A program made the position numbers and the translations under genes. The notes below the pieces were generated by a model. It did no database searches. It was given only the letters and a program-made list of their open reading frames with translations, and was not told the DNA's origin. From Balanoglossus misakiensis (Eukaryota; Animalia; Hemichordata): a DNA stretch of 64,000 bases. Positions within the stretch are counted from its first letter, which is position 1. Every line of letters starts with the position of its first letter. The stretch covers positions 3,117,434 to 3,181,433 of the forward strand of contig CM082593.2 of assembly GCA_040954595.2 (NCBI GenBank). The letters run 5' to 3'. Positions 47,315 through 60,100 of this stretch are shown piece after piece.

Positions 47315-50300
47315 ATGACGCTTACAGCTCGATTGCTCATTTTGATGACGGTTGTCACAATTTTACATGGTCAGCAAGTTGGAGGTAAGTACCCGAAGAA
47401 ATCCACGCTGTTTAAATACACATACATGTACATGCCTGTACACTAATTGCTTCATGTGTCGCTGTTTAGTGGGCGGAACCCGAATCTGTTGATTCGAGTC
47501 AGCACTTCAGGCCGTGAGTAGACGATACAGAAACAAACATGTACGTCTTGACAACCAAACTTCATGAGGACGTTCACTGCAGATACTGTGGCTTGATATT
47601 TACGCGGAACAATATGCAAACACATGTGTATATGAATTTTCAATGTGAAAAAATGTTCCCGCCAAGCATGCCAGTGATATAAAATTACTAAAGCAAGTAT
47701 AACATAGTGAAGTGCTACTTGAAATCGGCGATAAAGCTCTAAATAACATATAGCTTATCGACTGCGTCTACTGAACGACCAAGGACTAACCAAAGCCTTT
47801 TTACTACCAAGGTGGTCAGGCAAGCGGTCGTTATACACTGATGTGGCTCAAGTTGTTCAAAACGCAATCCAGTTGTCTAGAAAATGACTTTTCTATCTGC
47901 ATTAAATCAGCTTCTTCTTTTTTTAAATTTCCACCGCCCAGAAAACGGCGACGGCTACACTTGTGACTTCGAAACCGATATGTGTTGCCTGACCAACGTA
48001 GAGGGCAATGCAGTGGATTGGGTCCGAAATCGAGGCCCGACACCCACACCAAAAACAGGCCCCTCAAGTGACCACACTAAATCAAGCACTGAAGGTAAGT
48101 AGAGTAACCATTTTGGTTGATGGTGTGATGACGACAACGATGATGATAACAATGACGATGAAATCTTAATTAGTAAACGTTAACTATCACGGACAAATCT
48201 CTATCTGCAGGTTACTATGTGTTTGTGAATGCTGCTAGTGCCGGCACTGCGGGTTCGGCCACTATGCTTACTGGCACCTACACTGCAACCAGCAACAGCT
48301 GTTTAAGATTCTGGTACTACATGTTTGGAAAAGACTGTGGATTTTTAACCGTGAGCGTTGTTGAAGAGAGCACCGGGATGTCGACCACTGTCTGGTCGCG
48401 ATGGTTTGATCAAGGGAACCAGTGGATACAGGGACAGGCCAATTTGATCACAGAACAGTCGTACAGGGTAAGTTGGTTTACATAAATTGCGTTTTTACGC
48501 TGGTTTTCTGGATGGATGGAGGGATGAATGGTTGGATGGGCTGGTCGATTGAAATATATATGTAGAGCGGTTTTTAGATCAAAGTTTTTGTTGAGATTTG
48601 TTCAACCACGTGTTTGTATAATATTCTTCCACTCTTCAGATTAAATTCCGCGGTTACCATCTCATAACTTACGAAAGCTTTGAAGGTGACCTTGCCCTGG
48701 ATGACATTAGAATAGACAGTGGCTCCTGTGAGGAAATCGGGGACTGTGACTTTGAAAGTGGCGGCACGTGTTCATGGACCAATGATGCTGCGAATGACTT
48801 TGATTGGTCCAGAAAGATGGCGGGAGATGTGACGGTGGGGCCGACCAAAGACCATACAACGAAGTCACGAGAAGGTATTACGATTATTGATATATTTATA
48901 CACACAAAACCCAAACAAATATTTTAATAATTTAGAGCATGTAATGCTTGTCATTGGACATGAAGTTCTCGCGGGGTCTCATGAAGGTCGAAATATTTTA
49001 TTTCACATAGGTTATTTCCTATATTCGGATCTGTACAACTCTTTTTCGAGTTGCAAGAAATCAAGAATTATCAGCCGACAGTTTTCCTCGACAGATGTAA
49101 ATGGAAGGTGTCTGCAATTCTGGTAGGTGCATGTATATATATACACACAAATTACTCATCAGCTGCGTTTACCCCTATAAACGTTTCACGCTTTCGTATC
49201 TGTGTTTGTTGTTGATCACGTACATTTCAACTCTAGTGTCACACACCTTACAGACCACGCAATAAACACTTTCATTCTTACAGGTACTATATCGTCGGAT
49301 CAACGGAAACAATAAATGTCTATGTTGACTACGGGACAGCATTTCCGGGCGAACAGGTGTACTGGAGTTTAGCCGGAAATTCCACTTATAGTTGGCAGCG
49401 AGGGTTAGTGCCAATTGTTAGTGAAGTCGATTACAAGGTAATCCTTCATTCTAAACTTAAGGACTATATAGTAACTTGTAATTTACAGAGTCCATATATA
49501 AGATCGCGAATGCCAATGTGGTGGTGCACTTTTTTCCTGTGGCCACCCTCTGAAACTTGTGATTTTCTGCACATTATTCACGCAATTATGGAATATCAAT
49601 TTCACCACTAGGTCATCATTGAAGTTTTATCGGGAAGAGACAGAAACGGCGCTGTCGTCATCGACGACATCAGGTTTACAATTGGTTGGTGCGGCATATC
49701 ACCGATGACCGCATATCCTCCCGCGGATCCACAACCGAGGCCGACAGCGCCCCCTCATGGTGTGTTGTTGTTGCTGCTGCTGTTTTAGCTTTAATAGTAG
49801 TATTTGAGATGACGACCGGTAATAGACGAAAGAAATACACGAAACGGTATTGACAATGAAGTCCGAGGGGAAATCAGCTCATACATTTTTCCACAATTCT
49901 ATATGCGAAAACTTTTCGTTGCCTTTAAAAATGAATGTCGACCGATAAGGGACTTTTTATCGTTTCTTTTCCTAAAACCCTCTTGTCTGCCCCCTACCTC
50001 ACCGTGACCCATAACTATCCCTAACTATCCTCTATGAATACATATATACATGCAATTCTTTTATTTATCATCATTATTGAAGTTCCTACCGATTTTGACT
50101 GCGACTTCGAATCAACGTGTTCGTGGAGCCAGCCTAAAGACGACGATTTCGATTGGACCGTGGTTCAAGCTAACACCAACACCGGACATGGACCAGTAAC
50201 GGATCATTCTGAGGGGACAGGTAAGGGCTTCTACCCAGTTTTAGAGCTCACCTATATGTTTATTCTGGATGACGTCTTTCCGGACAAGCACTCCGCGACA

Positions 50301-53300
50301 CCACTTCATTGGTGTACTACAATCTTCACACAGGACTCGTAATGAATAATGAAACCCTTGGTTGATCTATATCGCAGGCAGTGGCTGGTATATTTACATT
50401 GAAAGCGAGGGCAAATCCTCTGGTAGCAAAGCCCAACTATTGAGTGACGTCATATCAGCTAGTGACCAATCGTGTGTCACATTTTGGTATCACATGTACG
50501 GCACACATCCGAACAAACTCAGAGTCTATACAACAAAGGGCACAACGTCAGATCCAATATGGCAGCGAGTAGGCGGAGAATATGACGAATGGACTTTCGG
50601 GTCTGTTGCGTTTTCGTCTGAGGACGCTTTCCAGGTAAAAACACCGGTTTCACTTATTTTAGTAAAACAATAATTATAAACATGTCAAAAATGCGTAATA
50701 TTTCCTATGTACCGTTCTATTGTCCTGAATAGTGCATTTTTCATTCAACAATTTGTGTTGCCATGAAAACGTGAATGCTTATTTCTGACTGATGTTAGTT
50801 GACACGCATAAAATTTGTTTTTTTTCAACCATAGCTGATGTTTGAGGCGGAGTGTGGCAGTGACTCGCACGGAGACATTGCATTAGACAGCATCGAGTAT
50901 GTTGTTGGAGAGTGCCCATTTCCAGGTAGGATTTCGATAATTGAATACGGTATATAATGTCTGCCCTGAACAGTTTAACAGACTATCTGTATACTTTGAT
51001 AACACGTAATTTTAGATTTAATTTCCGGCCATTTTTCACTTCAGAAAACCATGACATAGCTTGCGATTTTGAAGATCCTCTGAACAGACTCTGTGGCTGG
51101 GAACAGCAGAGAGACGACGATTTTGATTGGACCATCGGGACAGGGGCCACCAGAACGCATGAAGACATTGGTCCCGCCACTGATCACACCACGAAAACAG
51201 AAAACGGTAACCCTCAAACGTCCCCACTTATAAAAGTGTACCAAAATAAAGAACATAGTTACATACCTTGAAAATACAGTCGAGGATATATAAACTGCTC
51301 AGCTGTATGTCGACTTGACTTGACCGCCTTACGTCACTTCTCCGCTCCCGTCTATTTCACTTTGTTTCCATGGTCCATGCTGGCGGCCAATTGTGGAGAA
51401 AGGGGACGTCGTTTTGCGATGTACATGAATGGATATTCCTATTACGAAACAATAATTGAAGACACTGTGTAACGCCATCTTTAAAATTTGCATTGCACTA
51501 TGGGACACTCGACTTCCGGTTGGCGGATCAATATCATTTTGATCGCATCGGCCGGAAATAGAATGCTTAAGTTATAGAACACGTGATGAGAGAAAGTTTG
51601 ATGGGATTTCAGTCACCCGTGCACCTGTCTTTTCCACCTGCGCTTTTACCCCGCAGGTCACTACATTTACGTCGATGCAAGTGAACAGAGCGAGGGCGAA
51701 GTAGCAACTATCGTGTCTCCGGGTCATGACTGGGGAACGTCGTCGGTATTCAAGTGCTTCCATTTCTACTACCATCATTGGCACAAGACGGGGGCGCTGT
51801 CCATATATAAACAGGTAACGATTTTCCTAATGCAGAAACTTTTGATTTAATTAAGATATATAGAGACTGTACATGCAAACTACTATAAAAACGAAATCTG
51901 CAGTTCACATGACCTCCTTGCTTGTGTGCACTTCAACAGTCTATTGTTTTTCACAGTTTGACTTCAAAGGCAAGACATATCGGAAAGAATACGGCTGGAC
52001 CATTCGTACCTTTGGAAATAATTGGGTGTTAGGCGCCCTCAACACAATGCAACTGTATGAACACCCGAACAGTAAGGTGCGGATGGTTATCAAGAATTAC
52101 ATTGGAAAGGATGACAACGGCGATATGGCGTATGATGATATTTCTGTTAAAGAAGGCAGATGTTATGTAAAAGGTTGGTACACTCGTGTTAATGAGTGAA
52201 TATTATAATTGTGAATTTTCAGGAGGAAATCAGTATAATGTTAATTTAAAAATTTCGACATCGCGATCATAATGTTGTTACTTCTTTCCGGCATAAACAC
52301 CAGGAAATGAAAACTTTGAGGAGGGCATGGGAATCTGGATGAATGAAGACACCGCAGACAAATTTAATTGGTTGCTGGCGTCAGGTGACAGTTCGTATGG
52401 AGTCACCGGTCCGGAGATGGATCACACCACTGGAACAGCCACAGGTAATGGCGTCACCTTCACTCAAGATTGTGGATGGGTGAATTCGAAAGTAGGCGTA
52501 GTTATTGGTCAAATATTAAATGTTACAAATGCAAGTATTGTATCTTACTGACTTCAAGGAACGTACATTCTGTTTGACGCATCTGGTGGTGAAATGGGTG
52601 ACAACGCAATGCTGAAGTGCGACCCAGAGGTGTTTTACAGCTACAACATTTATTGCGTCGGTTTCTGGTATTATATGAGCGGCAACAACATCGGGGAACT
52701 TCGCCTGAGTATGAGAGACACCAGTACCAACACGGACATATTATTGTGGAGGCTGAATGGACCACGCGGAGGAGACGAAGTTTGGAAGGAAGCTAAAGCT
52801 CTTGTTCCCGCCCACGAATTATACCGTGTAAGCGTTAAAAGATTTCACATTTCACCCTATAGATGTACAGTGTTTGGATTTAAGTCATTAATAGAACGGA
52901 TATCTTGCACACTTCTCAGAATTTTATCTAACCCACTACATTATTTATTTCCATTGCATTTGTTCTACGCCCACAGTTTACTAACCAGTTAGTATTTGAA
53001 GGAATACGTGGCGATGGTAACCAAGGTTTCATCGCTATCGACGACACAGCAGTTTATCTAACTCCATGCGATCAAATCCTTCCTCCCGAAGCGAACCCAA
53101 ACAAGAAGTCAGGTTGGTTATATTAAGTTTTACGCATGCGTATGTGCAACTTCCGGAAGGACGTTTGTAAAACAAAATGGCGGCTGCATCCAACTTCTGT
53201 TGATTCTTCATTCCCTTTCAATGATGCAGATAACACCGCTGTAATCGCTGGAGCGATCGTTGGGGTCATAGTAGCTGTACTGATTATCATCGTTATCATA

Positions 53301-53594
53301 GTCATTCTACGCAGAAAGCAATTAATATTGTAAGTATTCCAGAAATTTCTAACGAATAGTTATTGCTGTTACAATCTCGTCTGAAGTATATGCAGTCCCT
53401 CCGGATGACATGACATTTTACAGATTGCTTGTAACTGATATATTTACTATATTGAAGCTACAAAATGCAAGAGTTATTATCAATTGGTACATTTTCTTCT
53501 TAGATCTGTAAACCTGCCAAATGTATTTTCGGGAAAACCAGCAGATGACGCAGAGAAATTAGAAGATCCGCCAGCAAAAGAACAAGAAAATTAA
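47315..53594 (+). CDS. MAM-cluster gene 3: signal peptide, 5 MAM domains, TM and short tail (18 coding exons)
   Basis: Exon 1 is 47315-47384 ([23 protein letters not shown]) and exon 2 starts at 47942. The TM exon reads [27 protein letters not shown]. The last exon is 53504-53594 ([29 protein letters not shown]). A TATA-like catatataag lies at ~47203. Confidence 0.9.
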
Positions 53595-54187
53595 GAGATA
53601 TCCAGCCTCATGTTGACAGCCCGGAGAATAAGCTTTGCTGTTTTTAGTGTTTTGTAAACTTTGCAAGAATGAAGGGAATTTTAATGATACTTTCGTTCAT
53701 CAGTTATATTTAGACGTCGTCCGCCAATTTTATTTTTAAATTAGTGACTTGATTAACACTTATTGCTAAATGCAAACGGGTTAACTTCATGTATATTTCA
53801 ATGGGAAAAAGTTTCATTAAATTAAACAGTCAATGACAATAAGACCAGGTGCGAAAACCGCACGAAAATTGCCTCTTAAATGGAACTGATTGAAACCTAC
53901 ATGTATAAGTTAAAAAGGCAATACATTGAATGAATGAAAAAAGTTGTTTGTCCCAATGTTTCTGTAACCTTTCACTAACCCCATTCCACATTTGTGAACT
54001 TTCACCCTTGGACGCACTCGACCGCCCAAGCCTATTGATTCAATTGTTTAACCTCAGGCGTACCTTCAGGTAGTTCTGTCTAAACCTGAATGGTTGTGTC
54101 CAACCGGCAATAAACATCTGAATAAATTTACTGTGATTTACCACCACTGGATTCAAGGAGTATAGGCAGTCTACCGCAGAATTGAAA

Positions 54188-57100
54188 ATGGCTACACAGA
54201 AAGTGCGTTGCTTCCTTTTGGTGGCAATTGTCTGCGTTGCTAAATGCCAGGAAGTTAAAGGTACGTATGCAATGGAAGTGGTACACATAGCTAGGATTTT
54301 GAAGTTTTTAATTTGGTATCAGAGACGGAATTGCTTTCACCATTTGTTCGACAGTAACTGTGAATATATCATGCAGTAATTTTGCACAAGACGGATTACA
54401 ACGTGTCGGGAAATAAATATATGCCAACTTACTTCAACTACAGCCATGTGTTAGTTTTGGAAATGTGTTTCAAAGTCAAATATATCCGTGGAAATTTTGA
54501 TACCACGTCTCGTGCGGTGTGGTGGACTGCTTGGTTACACATTAGTGAACTTCGCTAAATAGGGGATACGCCCACAAAAATGCCCAATGTCTTTAACCAA
54601 CATTTGAATTTATTCTCATGCACCAATTTGTAAGAACGATTTTAAGTAAGCAAATTCTACCAACATTCCATACATAGCCACAGTGCAGAGAGCGGCATCT
54701 CCAACCCCACCCCCACCCCGTCTATGTGTGTACACGTTCCGACTAATGTCCCTGAGGTCGAGGCTACAACATATATTTACCGCTGAAGGGCCATAAAGGT
54801 TAGCGAGCAATGAAAGCAATCAAGGTCGCGCGTTATCTTAAATCGCTTTCGACTACTGTATCAACGACCGCTCGACTTCGAAGTGACAAGGAGAGTAAAT
54901 ATCAAACTTGAGTCTGCCTTTAGGGTATAGGGATACTGAACCTCTTGTGCAAAGAGTAATGACTTCATAGCTTTGTGACCATGACGAAAAGAGTCTTGAC
55001 ACCTTATGCTGTTCACAGACAACGGGTATAGGTCTACATGTTTAGCACAGGTCCATTTACGACCGTCGACACACACAAGTGCATTCCACTTTACGCCAGT
55101 TGAACAAAGATTGTTGGACACGGATAATTTACATCCAAAATTGACTCTGAGGTCACCTCCTGCTCAGGTTAAACCTTTCCCTTAGTCTATGAAAATGTCA
55201 AGTAAGAGAGTAAATTGGGGCTCACAGCCGTAATTTTAGAACCAGTTTCCCCAAATATGGACGACATTTTTTCTTGTAATTTGCAAAGTGCCCTGCTTTC
55301 TGACCCAATCTCCGGCCACAAGGTTTGACTTGTATTCAGTGGATGCCACGCATACTGAAGATGTGCTCATCAAACACAGTTTTCCTAAAACAGACTCTAA
55401 GCAATATTATCATCTGCCTGCAGATAATGGAGACGGTTACCGCTGTGAATTTGCAACAGACATGTGTGGTCTGACTAATGAAGATGGTAATTGGGTTCGA
55501 GAGCAAGGTCCCACACCAACGCCAAATACAGGTCCTCCGCACGATCACTCAAATGACGGTAATGTGACATATTATAACTGAACTTCATGACCCTTGCGCG
55601 ATCGGTGCCGTACGGAAGTTGTGCGGTTGATTCTGCGGCACGTGTGAAAATAACTTCCTACGGCCCAGATCGCAGGCAGAGGTCATGGCGTTATGTTACT
55701 ATTGCATATGTTTCGTCGGATTTGATGAAAATTGACGTTTCGCGTATTGATTTTCAGTACATTGATGCAGTGAAGACTACACATCCATTGTTATGCAAAA
55801 TAGGGTCATGTTGGGCCAGTTCATCCCTCGGGTCACGAGGTCGCATCGGCAATACGCGAGGACACTGGCGATAGCGAGAAATTTTCGCCAATTTTGAGGT
55901 TCCCAAATATACTTACAGCTAAATGTTATGTTATTCTGTCGATAGTAAGGAAGTATAATGTAATGACGAGCCAGAATGTTGAAAATTCCTCACCTTTCCG
56001 GCGGCGATCACAACCCAGCTCCAGCGATGGCGTTCAATGTAGTCCAGAATGTAGTCCCACTTTGCCTTTACTAATTTGCATATGAATTGGAAAAATTACC
56101 ACTTTGACACACGCACAACTAAAACGACGATATGCTTTTTGCGACTGAAATTAAACTTCTGTTAATTATCCGGTGGTATACATAAGCTACAAATGATATG
56201 AAACAGTAGAGATAAGCTATGAAAGATAAGATTGATCGAGAAGTACTTCAAAGTTGTGAATATGCGTCAAGAAGTGCAAATACAACTGTTCAACATGGTG
56301 TGTGTCCCTGTAGGTTACTACGTATTCATGAATGCTGCACTGGTTGGGTACGAAGGCGCGGCTACTATGGTAACGCCCACCTTCAGTTCAACTACCAACA
56401 GCTGTTTGAAATTCTGGTACTACATGTTCGGCAAAGATTGTGGATATTTGACCGTGAGTGTCATAGGGGCGAGTGGAAGCGAGACGACTGTATGGTCCCG
56501 ATGGTTCGATCAGGGAAATCAGTGGCTGCAAGCCCAGGTCAATTTGATCGCGAAAGAATCGTATCAGGTATGCCATTCTAAAATTCCTTACAACGTACGT
56601 CGGTCCAGCTTGGCAGAATTGCACCAGCTGTGTCGAACAAAACCAAACAAAATGGTCACGTGGTTACGGATATACTACTGTAGCACCTATGAGGGAGTGT
56701 GGTCTTTCTCTCTCGAATGGATCTCGAAGTTCAATGCACTTGCCTCTTCATACAAACTTAAACGTGTAATACTCTCCTGGTGGTGATACAGAGTCCATAT
56801 GTCCAAATATTTCTGAAAGCCATTCTATATCTTGCTTTCCTCCTCAAAGATTAAATTCTTTGGTTACCATCGCATATCCTACCAAAGTTTTGAAGGTGAC
56901 CTTGCCATCGATGACATAAGAATAGACGGTGGTTCGTGTGAAGAGATCGGAGACTGCGACTTTGAAAGTGGCACGTGTTCATGGACTAACGACGCTGCGA
57001 ATGTCGTTGATTGGTCCAGAAAGAAGGCAGGAGATGTGACCTTCCATGGAACACCAAATAAGGACCACACTATGGAAACAGAAGATGGTAATACGCACGT

Positions 57101-60100
57101 GACTTTCATAATTAGGAGAAATAGATAGCATGTGTATATGTAAATATTGTATAAGTTGTCAGGGGACCGTTCGGATGTAGATTTATGATATTTTCGAAAA
57201 CTGGTCTGCCGCTTGTATGTTGTTTGTAATACTGACATAAACGGTTCATCATTATCTCTCACGTATACAGGTTACCTTCTGTACTTGTATTTTGATGGAT
57301 CTGAAGGGAGTGGCAAAAAGTCACGTTTTATAAGTCAGCCGTTTCCGTCAACTAACGTCAACGGAAGGTGTCTGCAATTCTGGTGGGTGAATTCTATAAG
57401 ATGGTTGTTTTCTTAGGCTCACTCCTTACGTGCAATATATGCCAACTGTTTCTCAGGCTTTTGTCTGACATTCAGCATGTCAAAATAACTAAAACAGTAT
57501 ATGTGCAACACCGTTTGATTGTATGTAAGCTCACATTTTCTCTAACCAATCAATTCGTCTTTTATAAAGGTACTATGCGACTGGTTCACCTGCCACATTG
57601 ACCATTTATGTAGACTATGGGTCGATGTTCCCAGGAATGCAGAATTTTTGGAAGTTAACACTAGAGTCAACTAATGATTGGAATACAGGATTTGTACCCG
57701 TAAATAGCGAAATCGAGCACAAGGTACTGTGTTTTTAACTTTACGATTAGAATAGGTTCAGACTTTAACAAATAGTCTGTCGTATTTAACACGATGTTCT
57801 CCAACATTAAAATTGCTATAGCCACGCGAGATGTCACAGGGTCTCGAGTAGATCGGTAAATGGTGTATTCGTTGCTTTTACTTTAAGGTCATTATTGAAG
57901 TCTTAGCAGGGGGTGGAACCGGTGTGGTTGCAATTGATGACGTCAGCTTTAGAATTGGCTGGTGTGACATATCTCCGACTACTGCATATCCCCCAACGGA
58001 TCCAAGCCCACCACCGACAGCGCCGCCACATGGTAGGTTACACGTCTTATAACACAAGTAATGGTCATCTCTTATGCAGGCGTGTGCCTCTTATAAAGAG
58101 GATATTATGAACACTTTGTTTCAATACAATGAAAAATAATTGGCGAGTTACTCTGTAACCAAGTAATTACTGCTTAAGGAAAGTCGTCGCCAAGGAAATA
58201 ATAACGCAAATTGACAATGAAACGACTAACCGTTGTTTATGACAACTATCTGCCCCACCAGTACGAACACCATCCGACTGTGACTTCGAATCCGGACTAC
58301 TGTGTTCATGGAGTCAGCCAAAAGACGACGATTTTGATTGGACCGTGGTTCAAGCCAAAACCAACGCCGGACATGGACCACTCATTGACGCTTCGGAAGG
58401 AACGGGTAAGGCTTTCCATGTGAAGTCGCGTGTGATTTGCACGTGATTCGCCGGTTTGCAGTATGTATTTAAGGATGCATGTAATTCCAAGCTCTGTTTC
58501 CGGTAAACGGCCATCCATCCATCCATCCATCCATCTATCCACATTCATCCAACCCAAACAACCATGGGCCAATTCACCATACATGCAAGCAGGAATGCAT
58601 CCGTCTATCTATGTAAATGAATGAATATCAACCCATGCTAATACCAACCATCACGTTATATAACGATATTCACTAATCATTTGTTAACCCACCTCACAGG
58701 TGATGGCTGGTACATTTACGTTGAAAGCGAGGGACAGACAGCTGGCGATAAAGCCCGTCTTGTAAGCGACGACATACCTGCCAGCAACCAGTCGTGCGTC
58801 ACATTCTGGTACCACAAGTACGGCGCACACGAAAACATACTCAGCATTTACGCGGAAGCCAAGGGTACGGTTTCCGTGAATCCAATATGGCGGCGAGAAG
58901 GGGGAGGAGCCGATCCCGCGTGGATTTTCGGTTTTGTTGCTTTTTCTTCGCCAGATGACTTCAAGGTAAAATATTGGAGCGGATCATTATGCCAGCTGCC
59001 ATATTGCATTTGTTTCATGATTTCACTTTCATAGTACAAAATACTGAAAAAAGTGCTAACTTATGCATGTGTTGAAATTTTGTTCTGTCAAAGTTAATTT
59101 TTGAAGCTGAATGCGGAAGTGGTTCCCACGGAGACATCGCTTTGGACGACATCAAGTATATTGCTGGCGAATGTCCAAACGAAGGTAAAGCAGAAAACAC
59201 TTGAGTCAGCCCAGTTCTATAAAATGTGTTCTCGGCTTTGTGGGGTTTGTTTTAACAAGAATGGTATCTCTTCAAAACAGCATTTGTTCATAACATTGCT
59301 TTCTGCACTTAACCGCTTCATTCAGAGCACGATGGCATAACCTGTGACTTCGAAGATCCCATCAACAGAATGTGCAGTTGGGAGCAGGAGACAGACGAGG
59401 ATTTTGACTGGGTTGTCGGTACAGGGGCTACACGAATCCACGAAGATATTGGTCCCGCGTTTGATCACACCACGAGAACGGAGAACGGTACATGTATTTA
59501 CTTCCCTTGGGTTCGAATGTAATCCCCAGCTTTTCGAGAGAGAAAAACATAGCCGCCAGATGTGTACCTCAGAGGTTTCAATGCTTCTGAGGAACTCTAC
59601 TGTTGTAGATGCAGGCGCAATGTTTATGACTGGCTGCAAAATTGTCATTTCATGCAGGACATTTCATCTACATCGATGCAAGCGAACACGAAGAAGGGGA
59701 AGTGGCGTCAATTATATCTGGAAAGCATGACTGGAAAACATCGTCTGTCTTCAAATGTTGGCAATTCTACTACCACCATTGGCATGAAACCGGGGAGATG
59801 ACACTGCAAAAGCAGGTGGGTCGGCTGAATGAGGTCGTTTGGTGACTTGAAAAATATGGGATAACATCAAAACAATATCGAATATAATGATAATATTGGC
59901 CAAACACATGTGTATTGACTTAACCGTTTCACCTTTTGAATTCAGTTTGAATTCAAAGGAAAGACTTACAGAATGTTCATGGGAGGGACCATTCGCAGCA
60001 GGGGAGATAACTGGGCTATTGGCTCCCTCACCGTGTTAGAATTATACGAACACCCACAAGGCAAGGTTCAGTTGATCATCAAGAATTCCGTTGGCCCGAA

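Noticed and set aside
55560-56313. Enlarged introns in gene 4 (and 44896-45551 in gene 2) as TE insertions
   Set aside because: The size difference is suggestive, but no TIR, TSD or coding remnant could be identified from the sequence alone.
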